The position numbers and the translations under genes were made by a program. Below, piece after piece: positions 13,051-23,944 of a stretch of DNA of 64,000 nt. Location of the stretch: the NCBI RefSeq assembly GCF_031769215.1, contig NW_026782124.1:620001-684000 (forward strand), written 5' to 3'. The notes under the pieces are model-generated. The model searched no databases. It was not told where the DNA came from and saw nothing but the letters and a program-made list of their open reading frames with translations. Each line of letters opens with the position of its first letter. The stretch's first letter is position 1. Origin of the DNA: Ylistrum balloti (lineage: Eukaryota).

Positions 13051-13388
13051 AATGTTCGGTGTGGTTAGGGGTCACCATGCATGGGGTATGGTCAATGTTC
13101 GGTGTAGTTAGGGGTCACCATGCATGGGGTATGGCCAATGTTCGGTGTGGTTAGGGGTCACCATATATGGGGTATGGCCAATGTTCGGTGTGGTTAGGGG
13201 TCACTATACATGGGGTATGGTCAATGTTAGGTGTGATTAGGGGTCACCGTGCATGGGGTATGGTCAATATCCGACGTGGTCAGATGTCACCATACGTGGG
13301 GTATGGCCAATGTTCGGTGTGGTTAGGGGCTACCATACATGGGGTATGGCCAATGTTCGGTGTGGTTAGGGGTCACCATGCAGGGGGT
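13051..13388. repeat. 43-bp G-rich minisatellite, about 8 copies
   Basis: Unit aatgttcggtgtggttaggggtcaccatgcatggggtatggtc. Confidence 0.95.
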
Positions 13389-14478
13389 ATATAGTTAATA
13401 GTCCGGTGACACAATCAAAATGTACGGAATACGTTTATATTATAGGTTGATGTACATGACGCATGATGCCTATTGTAACAGATAAGTAGGTCATCGAAAT
13501 CGAAAGAGGTACAAGGTCTACACGGGTATATCCTACCATATTACAAAGCATTGTGTGGATGTTTAACTTAACAGAGTATGTCGTAAACACTATGTATGAC
13601 GTTTCATGGTGTTATCAAGATAGTTGGAAATATATTAGAGCATTCAATATAAAGATTCAACCTTTAAGAAATTACCATGGGCAAATAATATTTGTATTTT
13701 CCGTTTTAAGAAAAGCTTACAATCCTTTTTCGTTTATAATCTCCGTTCATCAGCAGGTCTAAGGTCATGTAGCGGTGATATGTTCTCAATGAGCTGGTGC
13801 ACAGCGGTTATTAGGCAGGTAAACTGATACACCGTGTGATGGGCTGTGAGATGAATCCATTTTATATTGTACAATAGCCATAAATAGTCAGACGGTGAAA
13901 AACTCGTTCAATTCTTCTTCTTCTTTTTCTATCAGAAAAGAAAAAACACAACTTTGTTTAGAGTGACATCACCTGATACAAGTTATAACACTTGAAAAAT
14001 AAAACAGTAATTACGAAACACCTTCTGGTTAGATAATTTATAATGGTGTCGTTGGACGGGTTCATGAAGCACAGACAGTTTACGTATGGGGCTTTAGAAT
14101 CTGGGACGCCTTAGGTCAACTTTGCATATATTAAGATGTTAAAAAAATATGAGAGTACTGTCAGATCGACAGGTAGATACACTGTGAACAGGTATTTACA
14201 TTATACAAAGTAAAAAGTGCCGTCACGTCGATTTGGCTACACATGACAATGGTAATGGACGATGAACGGCTTCAGATTCAGGACAAGGAGAAAATAACTA
14301 CAGTTCTGTGTGCAATATGAAGCGGGACGAGTTTAATAATCGTTAGGATGTCTGTTAGATATGTTGTTGTTTTAGGATGACAATAGAAGATAAGAAAGAA
14401 TACACACAAATCTCCAGATACAGGACAATTTTTATACGCTGTTCAGGCATGTTTCCGGATAACCATCCACCATCCGCA

Positions 14479-14677
14479 AAACTTTGGCACTGCTAAGTGA
14501 AGTTTGGTGTCCAACTTTGGCACTGCTGAGTGCAGTTTGGTGTCGAACTCTGGCACTGCTGAGTGCAGTTTGGTGTCAAAATGGCAATGCTAAGTGCAGT
14601 GTGGTGTCAAACATCGGCACTGATGATTGTAGTTTGTAATCAAACTTTGGCACTGGTGAGTGCAGTTTGGTGTCAAA
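14479..14677. repeat. 33-34-bp minisatellite, about 6 copies
   Basis: Unit caaactttggcactgctgagtgcagtttggtgt. Confidence 0.9.
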
Positions 14678-15145
14678 TATAGCGGTCTTGGATACAGAAA
14701 CTTTGAAGTCCAGATCTAGCTTGTTGAAAACGTTATCTTAACGACTTAAGAACTGTTACAGAGGGGTTTAGTATATATCAATATTGGACATTTGACGAAG
14801 AAATCATCTCGAACGGCGCTAGTGGTTAATAGTGAAGTAAGGCCTCCATGACATAGTTGTTAGCCTCTTTCTGACTCCCATCTTGTATCGACGGACGATG
14901 GAGCTATGACATTATTACTCCAAACGAAGAGAAAACAATATCGGCTGGAAATCTTAAAATATCCCATACTTAACCAGTATTGAATCGAGATGAATGGTTG
15001 GATAAAAAAAAACATGCTTAACCAGATATATATCCTCTGATTGGTAGCCATTCCCTACTTTGGAAACGCCTAAACATACGACCTTAGTTTTTGAAACATC
15101 CAAAATTTCATTAGATTTATCAATCCGTAATTCACGCTTATCATC

Positions 15146-15236
15146 TTTATAAATGATATTTACCTTAATTAAATCTTTATAAATGATATTTACCTTTATT
15201 AAATCTTTATAAATGATATTTACCTTTATTAAATCT
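15146..15236. repeat. 30-bp tandem repeat, 3 copies, each with a minus-strand AAG|GTAAAT donor
   Basis: Plus-strand unit tttataaatgatatttacctttattaaatc. Confidence 0.9.
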
Positions 15237-15317
15237 ATCTAAACCGGAAATCGTGCAAAATGTACAAAGAAATAGTCCCACATAGACGATAAGTACCGGG
15301 GCACTGTGAATGACCAT
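15224..15317 (-). other. Candidate signal-peptide exon (MVIHSAPVLIVYVGLFLCTFCTISGLDRFNK)
   Basis: ATG, hydrophobic core, small-residue cleavage-like site (ISG-L), ends at AAG|GTAAAT in phase 1. No expression evidence. Confidence 0.35.
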
Positions 15318-15840
15318 GTTTACCACATATTGTGGTAATTAACAGCACCCCTTCCCCAGTGTCGGAAACCACTTCATGAGTTAGTCTGCCACTGCTAATA
15401 CAGTCGTACTTGACCCAGTAGCAGGTGATCTTTCTGAAACCGTTTTGTAAAGCAAAAACTTCATCGGAGTTTAAACTGTGTCAAATAATATTGATTGTTT
15501 ATCATAAATATATTATTAAGCTGATATGGCCGTGTTTAATCCGAACAATATCTGACACAAATAACTTCACAAAGTCCTTCTACACATTCGTATTAAAATA
15601 GCATTCGTAAAATAATCACAACAGACCTTGATCATTTAAGCTTTGTTTATAAAAACACTGACCGATATAAAACGGAAAAAATGGTCATGTAAACACGTCA
15701 AAGTGACATGCACTTCCTTATTCGCCAGTCTGCGTGGTTATTCATGTTACGACACGTGACCACCACAAGTTCGTAGCGACAGGCTAGTAAGTCGTCATAT
15801 AGAAGTACGGTCAGAACAATGAGTTAAGATTGTACAAAAT

Positions 15841-15860
15841 ACTTACCATGGCTGCCGGAC
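15841..15860 (-). promoter_or_regulatory. Candidate first exon end: GCC ATG immediately followed by GTAAGT donor
   Basis: Minus strand reads ggcagccATG|gtaagt (ATG 15849-15847); strong Kozak context and consensus donor. Confidence 0.45.
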
Positions 15861-15951
15861 TCTCTCTATGGAACTGTTGAACAGCTACCCAGTCACATAA
15901 ATTTCAATTTGTGCTTGACAAGATTAACTATCACCTTTCAATTTCATAACA

Positions 15952-16162
15952 TTTAAATATTTATTGTTTTTCCAACTTATATTAATCACTCGTGTTGATC
16001 CGGATGGAAGCATGCGGTTTTACTGTGGGAGGAAACCGGAGTACTCGGGGGAATCCCACGTGGACGGGAAGATGACGCCATACCTTTTCACATCCATTCT
16101 GGAATCGAACCCCGGACGGTTATAAGTGAAAGACGTGTGCGTTACCACTGCGCCACCCGACC
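15952..16162 (-). mobile_element. tRNA-derived SINE (V/Meta-domain type)
   Basis: A box TGGCGCAGTGG (16155-16145), B box GGTTCGATTCC (16111-16101), central GAGTACTCCGGTTTCCTCCCAC typical of V-/Meta-SINE domains, AT-rich tail. Possible 8-bp TSD atttcata at 15941-15948 and 16167-16174. Confidence 0.8.
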
Positions 16163-18302
16163 ATCGATTTCATATTATATAACTGTCGTGCAATATATCA
16201 GACTGAATCTGTTTCGTCCTTCAACGGTATTCGTCAGTGATGCTAGGGACCTGAAGCATGGAAATATAAATTCAATACTCATAAAGATATATTGTCTGTT
16301 TTTGTTGTTTGTTTGTTTTTTTGTTTCTTGTTTTTAGTATCCTGGCGTCTTTCAGTATCAAAATGTATTTTAAAGGCAGCAAGGTCCTCACACCGAAACA
16401 AACATCTATATATACTCTTATTCCCTCCAGAATGAAGATTCTGCTAACAGTATCACAACACATCGTTAAGATATACATTCATTATTTGCTAGTCAATCAC
16501 AATGGGACTTGTGATATGAACGCCGTGTAATTCGTGTTGCCAGTAACAACGTCAGACGCTTTTGATTATTTGACGACATACAGTACCATGGCTTCAATGT
16601 TTCATTTTTAATATGACGTTATCATTCAAAATACTTAATTTACAGACTTCACACGGAACTCTTCAGGATCGGAGTTAGAAAAGTCACAAGAAAAGTTACC
16701 TCCAATCAGAATATGAAATAACTGACAGCTTCTCTAATCTTTTATAAATATCATAGGTTATAAGATAAACCACGTGATAATCAATATTTTATCTAAACAA
16801 TTAATGGTCCGACTTAAACACTTTGTTGAAGGCTAGTTGTAAAATAAAAACCACACAGTGAATATCAATATTTTATCTGAATGATTAATAGGTCCCATTT
16901 GAAAACCTTGTTGCATATTATAAAGGAAAAAGGACACCTGATAATCAATATTTATCTAAATTAATGGGTCCCAGTAAAAACCGTTTTTTGAAGGCAATAA
17001 AATAAAATGTGAAAAATGTATTGTATGACGTGGTCTATACACATTCAGAGATATATGTAGGCATGTAGGATAATTTATTCTATAAATCATGTGAGTCTTA
17101 ACATATTTATGTATACACAACGTCCCATGCTTTTTACTTACAGTGCTTCACGAGTTCTCAAATAAGACCAAGCACCTTTTGAAGCTTCTAACCAGTGCAC
17201 CATATATAAATTTTCTCTTTGGTGCGTGACACACGCCCAAACTAGACATATATACACCACCTCATTAGTGACATGTACGTGACGAACATGGAATTTATTA
17301 AATAATGACATTCTCTCCCTGTAATCAACATCGCTTCTGTCGAGAACAACATGGTTTCTGTTGAGAAGTAACATCGACAGGGATATAATGTTGAATTCTA
17401 TCATGATTATGTTATAAATCCTTTACAAGAAAAGGACGATTTTATTTACAAGGACAAAGTTATAAACTATGATCGAGAACGGTATTGTAAAGGTACGTGT
17501 CTCGATAATCCTTTCGGTCGGTGGCCCTTTATAAGGAGAGAAAAAAACATCTTGAACTGTTGTAAGAAAGATGACGTCTTTTTTTATTTTAGAAATCCGC
17601 TCAGCGGCTATCGTACTAAAGGATTAATGGAAAATCCCTCGAAATTTTGACAATCCACCTGCTTGTACTGTCGGTATTACCTCATTAATCCTATACCTAT
17701 TCCGGTAATACATATCTTACGAACATTTGCTGTGAGGATCCAGTAACAATGTTGGACCATACCGTTGATATGACTTACTAGAATCTATGTATCTTTTTAC
17801 TAAGATTAAATTTAGCCTGTTGGCTTAGTGACTGTTTACTGGCTACGATATAGTTCACGTTTGTGGTATATCAACAAACTGTCTTTGTCCTGCTTTGTGT
17901 TTACTGATGTTTCCTATCTGCGGGTCCGGATGTTATGATATTGTGGACTTTGCTATATTGTTATCACAAGCGGCTTCCCCATCAACATCTATGCACTAAA
18001 ATATAGAAAAGTATATGGAAGTTTTTACATAATATTTGTTTATCATAAAGTGCCTGTATACAGGTTACCGACCACTGACAATGAAGGACCAAGAAAATAT
18101 TTACGATTTTAAAAAATGGGGATAAACAAATAAATCAGTTATCTTTGTTTACTTGGCCAGCACATGTCCGATACTCTCAAAATGGTAAACAATCACTCAT
18201 TGAACTTTCAAACGAGATTTGATTCAAGCCACACGTGTAAGTGTGTAAAAATAGGTCATAGTTCTATGAACGAAAAGAGTATATTGAACGTAGAAGGTTT
18301 AC

Positions 18303-18456
18303 ATATATGGTCAGTTGATACTTCCCTAACCCTAGCTACATGTGCCCTCCGATCTGGTGATATATGGTCAGCTGGTACTTCCCTAAGCCTAGCTACATGT
18401 GCCCTCCGATCTGGTGATATATGGTCAGTTGATACTTCCCCAACCCTAGCTACATA
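18303..18456. repeat. 57-bp tandem repeat, about 2.7 copies
   Basis: Unit atatatggtcagttgatacttccctaaccctagctacatgtgccctccgatctggtg. Confidence 0.9.
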
Positions 18457-20166
18457 CTGCTGTCACGTAACAGCTTTAGAAACACAAATTAAATAAACCT
18501 TGTGACCTACTTAAAGTATATTATCAGATCGGATGATATACGGTAGTGCACCTGTCTTGTGATCGTTCATCTGCACTTTTTGCACTCCGTGTTACAACAT
18601 GTGTTGGTATGCGACTAATTGTGGGGTACCGCTTGGTTGATTTCTCCGATGTCCCCTTTTTCCTGTCTTTTTTTTCTTTCTCTTTCTTCCTTTTGTTTTT
18701 CCACTCTTGGTGTCCCTCTTGACACCTGTTCCTGGCTGTTTGGAGAGCTTTAAAAACTCCGGATTTCACGCCTGTAACCCTCAGTGACCTTACCCGGAGT
18801 CGTATTTCTGTGTTACTTTATACAAGTTAATTGTTTTTATATTTATACAATAGCAATTGTGAATACAGAAAATACCAAATCTAATTTCTAGTAAGTAATT
18901 ATTCGTCCAATTTTCTCTCTAAACTCATTGTAAATGTCACTTAGTATTCAGTACACTACACTGGTATCGTGTGACGTCACATGGAAACTACATATTCGTA
19001 GATTGTACAAAAAACACATGTTGAATGACACCTTTCAGCACCAATTAATAACTAAAGCCAAATAATGAATCACTGTTCCGTCCTTCTATGACTCGTTAAT
19101 AATGATACGGGCCAAATTATCTAAATCAATGTAAAAATCAGGTTTGGGGGTATCTTAGCCCTATAATTAATATTTTTCATATATCTTATCATTTCAGTAG
19201 AACGTAATATATTTGTGTATTCTGAACCGTATGCCGGTTACGGCAAACTACGGGGACTTAAATTCCACCAACAATATCGAAGATTGTACGAGAGACATAA
19301 ATGAATAATACATTTCAGTACAATATTGCGACGAACTGATAAAGATTTTAAAACACAATCTTTTTAAATTCACTTTTACCCGATTTAAATAGTACATTTT
19401 GAATGCACTGAGAATTATTTACGGTCATCCAATATGACATCATCACACCCAATGTACTGTGTAATAAGTGTTAAACAATCTTGATAAATATATCATTTCG
19501 TATTTACGAAAAGTACGCATGCCTGCTCGGAGTCATTAATAACACACTATCCGAAGACATATGACTGTGTTCAAATGATATTGATTAAAGATAAAAGTAC
19601 GTCCCCTTCTCGGTTGTGTTGGAATTCGAAGTTTCTCATCCAGCAATTTTTCGAACCTCTTTCTAAATTATGATAATTGCAATACCACTGTGGTCGATGC
19701 AATATATTCTCAAAAGAAATTAGATAAGTTTTAAATGTTTTTCTTTGGTAGCCATGCGTCTCGGAAGTAGTGTATTGTCGTGAATTTTTGTGATTTACTT
19801 TGTTAAAAACACGTTAAAGATAACATAGAGGTAAACAACCAAATCTGAATCGTGGGAAAGTTTGATTTTCTGGTTAACATTACGCTTGAATTCTGTTTCC
19901 CAGAACATTGTTTGTCGCTAACATATATATTCCTCGATAAAAAAATCCCTTTGTTAAAAGTGTCTATTCTGTTTACATAATGCCCCGCATTTACCAGAGC
20001 TAACATAGACTGATAAGAAGAACTTCGCGTGACAATCACGCTAAATTTGAAATATATATGTGATATGCTTTATTAGCAACACAATCTACAATCGATTGCA
20101 TGTAACATCGTGAACTCCCCGTCACGAACACGTTTGTTTTACTCGTTTTCTCCAACCTCTTGCGTC

Positions 20167-21991
20167 CACAGGCACTCGAGGCCAGGATATTATTTTTTAA
20201 ACATTGATTTTTGTTTTAGCACTCATGACTGACGTTATTTAAACGAAATATCAGCAGAATTCAAGTTTATATGCCGGTTGACAAATCCGAGGTCCACGGT
20301 CATTAAAAATACACAAGGCAAGCAACTCCAGATTTTAAAAAATCGACCCCTCGCTTGGAAACTGGCTCAAAAAAAGTAGTTATGATAAGTTCCTTGTAAA
20401 ACAATATGTATCCGTAGGTAGTGTGTATATTTACCTTTTATTTGGTGCATAACATTACAGGCAACGAGAAATTCACAATACGTACACGAGATTAACATCT
20501 CAATAACCGGAGATTTTATCGTCCATGTAATTATCTTTGACGGAAGTAACATGCCATTTCAAGGGCGGTCACTCCGACTTTTTGGGAGAGGAGTTCCGGA
20601 TAGCACTATACCAGTGAACAGGTAAGAAAGGTTCCGATGTCATTACGCGCGTAACTTCAAAATAGATATTTTTATTTCTACAAATACATTTGCGGGGATG
20701 GAAAAATAATGGCTGGGCAAAGAAAGTCCACATTTGCCAACTCGGATACAATATCATGGTAAGGGATTATACAGAATGCATCAACTTTCAATCAAGCTGG
20801 CGGTAATGAGAATTTTTTTTTTCAAAAAAAAAAAAAAAAATAAGAAAAAAATCATGCAGATAATGAAAAAAGGGCGCAATTTATGAAAAATATCGTGGGG
20901 GAAATATATTAACTTAGAAATTGGAAATTAAATGATTTTTTCCATAGTGATTTTTGTCAACTTATTGAGAATATTTGAAAAGAGGCGCAATTTATGAAAA
21001 ATATCGTTCCTTAGATAAAGCCCTACACCGTTTGCAGCAAAAAAATTACATTGACCTTTATTCAAGGTCACTTTGGTCCAATGTGTTGATTTTTTAAACG
21101 ACTTATTCCGATTAACCAAAAGTCCAGGGATCATGATGTTTGTTAAAATGTTTCTTGGGTGAAGGGCAACAAAGTTTGAGAAAAGATATTACTTTGACAT
21201 TATATTCAAGGTCATGGATACACCCTTAAATAACATCTTCTAAGTTAATATATTTCCCCCACGATATTTTTCATAAATTGCGCCCTTTTTTCATTATCTG
21301 CATGATTTTTTTCTTATTTTTTTTTTTTTTTTTTGAAAAAAAAAATTCTCATTACCGCCAGCTTGATTGAAAGTTGATGCATTCTGTATAATCCCTTACC
21401 ATGATATTGTATCCGAGTTGGCAAATGTGGACTTTCTTTGCCCAGCCATTATTTTTCCATCCCCGCAAATGTATTTGTAGAAATAAAAATATCTATTTTG
21501 AAGTTACGCGCGTAATGACATCGGAACCTTTCTTACCTGTTCACTGGTATAGTGCTATCCGGAACTCCTCTCCCAAAAAGTCGGAGTGACCGCCCTTGAA
21601 ATGGCATGTTACTTCCGTCAAAGATAATTACATGGACGATAAAATCTCCGGTTATTGAGATGTTAATCTCGTGTACGTATTGTGAATTTCTCGTTGCCTG
21701 TAATGTTATGCACCAAATAAAAGGTAAATATACACACTACCTACGGATACATATTGTTTTACAAGGAACTTATCATAACTACTTTTTTTGAGCCAGTTTC
21801 CAAGCGAGGGGTCGATTTTTTAAAATCTGGAGTTGCTTGCCTTGTGTATTTTTAATGACCGTGGACCTCGGATTTGTCAACCGGCACATAAACTTGAATT
21901 CTGCTGATATTTCGTTTAAATAACGTCAATCATGAGTGCTAAAACAAAAATCAATGTTTAAAAAATAATATCCTGGCCTCGAGTGCCTGTG
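20167..21991. mobile_element. Non-autonomous foldback DNA transposon, P-superfamily-like (long TIRs, 8-bp TSD)
   Basis: Arms 20167-20919 and 21238-21991 are near-perfect reverse complements around a 318-bp spacer. Termini CACAG...CTGTG; flanking direct repeat CTTGCGTC at 20159-20166 and 21992-21999. No transposase ORF. Confidence 0.85.
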
Positions 21992-22345
21992 CTTGCGTCG
22001 GTACTTGATATACAGATTTTGTAGACAAACGTAACAATTTTTTCACCTTTGGTGAACTTTCCTTATCTACATAGTAAATGTCCTGTCCCATCCAATTCGG
22101 TATTTAATCATTTACTTCGAAAATAACGATTCTCGTTGAGGACATCGACAGTTTACAGAACAAAAATATATATACTGTTTGCTTGATTGACAAGGAGGTC
22201 GACATTTTTACTAGAATCTTTAATGAAGATCTTCTCAGGTTGACTAGAGTCTCTACCTATTTTAAAGCCGTGGTCTTACTTTGATCTTATGTTTGGTTTG
22301 CATTAAAGGTGATACTTAGTCGTTCATGACACTTGGTGACTCGTT

Positions 22346-23779
22346 GTGATTTTGTCCCCATGTCTGTGGAGTAAATTAATACACCAAGGTATTCGTGGAA
22401 AATTTTTAAAGATATTATCATCTTTGTATGAAAATGTCAAATCCTGTGTAAAATTTGAGGGTCAATTAAGTAATTGTTTCCCTAATTATACCGGTCTCTT
22501 GCAAGGGGAAATATTGTCACCTGTGTTGTTTTCTTTGTATGTGAATGATTTTGAAATTAACTTTATTAATGATAATTGTCCAAGTATTGAATTACAGATG
22601 CTTAACCTTTTCTTGCTAATGTATGCTGATGATATGTTTTTTTTTGCTGATAGTCCTGGTGCATTACAAAACATGTTAGATTCTTTACAAAGTTACTCTA
22701 GAAAATGGGATCTGGAAGTCAACGTTAATAAAACGAAAATCATGGTTTTTAGACACGGGGGAAATATAAGAAATAATGAAGTGTGGAAATATAATAATGA
22801 GAGCATAGAAATTGTTGACTATTTCAAATATTTGGGAATGTTTTTTAATTACAATGGTAAATTTTATAAAACCCAAAAGCATTTAGCAGACCAAGGAAGA
22901 AAGGCCTTATTTTCAATATCAGCCTCTTTAAAGAACCATTGTTTGAATCTGGAAACCCAGTGCTCTGTCTTAGATACTTATATCAGCAGCATCTTAAGCT
23001 ATGGTGCAGAAATATGGGGGTTTCACAAAGCTCCTGATGTAGAGAGAGTCCATTTGAATTTCTGCAAAAAAGTTCTTAAAGTCTGTAAATCTACATCCAA
23101 TGATTTAGTTTATTGTGAATTGGGTAGATTACCATTAATTGTTACAAGAAAGTTAAAAGTATTCAAGTATTGGTTGAAGTTGACGAAATCGGATAATTTG
23201 ATATTAAAAACTTGTTATGATGAATGTGTCAACGAGAATGATCCGTGGATTTGTAATATTAAGAATGAGTTAACTGCCCTAGGTCTTTGTTATATCTTTG
23301 AATCAAATCTACCATTTGTTAACTCTTTTAAAATTATTGAACAGAGATTGAAAGATGTTACTAAGCAAAATATGTTGGCAAAGATAGCAGCTTCTTCAAA
23401 AGGTAGACTATATCAATACCTTATTGACAGTCATTGTATTCAGTTTTATCTCCGTAAACCTATTGAATCTAAATACAAATGTATGATAACTAAATTTAGA
23501 ACGTCGTCTCATAAACTGAATATTGAAATGGGTAGACACAATAATATCATTCGCAGAAATAGGAACTGTAGCAAATGTAATTTGGGAGACATCGAGGACG
23601 AATTTCATTTCATTTTTGTATGTCCTTTTTATATTGATTTAAGGTTAAAATATATAAAGAAGTATTATCATAAGAGTCCCTCTGTTTACAAACTTGTCCA
23701 ACTATTATCTGTAAATAACATCAAAGAGTTGTCAAATCTAGGTAAATATTTGTATCTAGCCACTAAGCGACGTAATTAA
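22346..23779 (+). CDS. Reverse transcriptase C-terminal half with C-terminal Cys/His knuckle (LINE ORF2 fragment)
   Basis: Motifs GLLQGEILSPVLFSLYVND, LLMYADD, FKYLG and CSKC...EDEFHFIFVCP; uninterrupted 477 codons. The listed start codon is an artefact of truncation. Confidence 0.9.
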   Translation: MILSPCLWSKLIHQGIRGKFLKILSSLYENVKSCVKFEGQLSNCFPNYTGLLQGEILSPVLFSLYVNDFEINFINDNCPSIELQMLNLFLLMYADDMFFFADSPGALQNMLDSLQSYSRKWDLEVNVNKTKIMVFRHGGNIRNNEVWKYNNESIEIVDYFKYLGMFFNYNGKFYKTQKHLADQGRKALFSISASLKNHCLNLETQCSVLDTYISSILSYGAEIWGFHKAPDVERVHLNFCKKVLKVCKSTSNDLVYCELGRLPLIVTRKLKVFKYWLKLTKSDNLILKTCYDECVNENDPWICNIKNELTALGLCYIFESNLPFVNSFKIIEQRLKDVTKQNMLAKIAASSKGRLYQYLIDSHCIQFYLRKPIESKYKCMITKFRTSSHKLNIEMGRHNNIIRRNRNCSKCNLGDIEDEFHFIFVCPFYIDLRLKYIKKYYHKSPSVYKLVQLLSVNNIKELSNLGKYLYLATKRRN

Positions 23780-23944
23780 TTACAGCTACATGTATTTATA
23801 ACTTTTGTGCTTCTGTATTATGCTGTATTGTATGCTTATAGTCACTCTCCTATAACATATACATGTACAATATGTCATGTTTAGTCTGTACCTATAAGTC
23901 TTAAGACTTTTGGTGAATAAAGGAAAGAAAGAAAGAAAAAAAAA
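22361..23944 (+). mobile_element. 5'-truncated non-LTR retrotransposon (LINE; RTE-X-like or CR1/L2-related)
   Basis: RT ORF to TAA 23779, short 3' UTR, AATAAA at 23916-23921, then (GAAA)n and A-tail. 5' end starts mid-RT near CLWSKL. No TSD seen. Confidence 0.9.

Noticed and set aside
16095-16162. tRNA gene
   Set aside because: A and B boxes are present but there is no acceptor-stem closure, and it runs into a SINE body.
20367-21791. Two pairs of identical 61-62-aa ORFs on opposite strands
   Set aside because: Mirror images from the inverted arms; no recognisable domain.
20167-21991. Transib/RAG-type element suggested by the CACAG terminus
   Set aside because: Those elements make 5-bp TSDs; this has 8 bp and no RSS nonamer was seen.
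20167-21991. Assembly or chimera artefact explanation for the palindrome
   Set aside because: A unique spacer, arm mismatches and a perfect flanking TSD favour a real insertion; long reads are still needed to confirm.
22486-23608. Minus-strand ORFs inside the LINE, and similar antisense ORFs over SGPP exons
   Set aside because: Shadow frames of real coding sequence.
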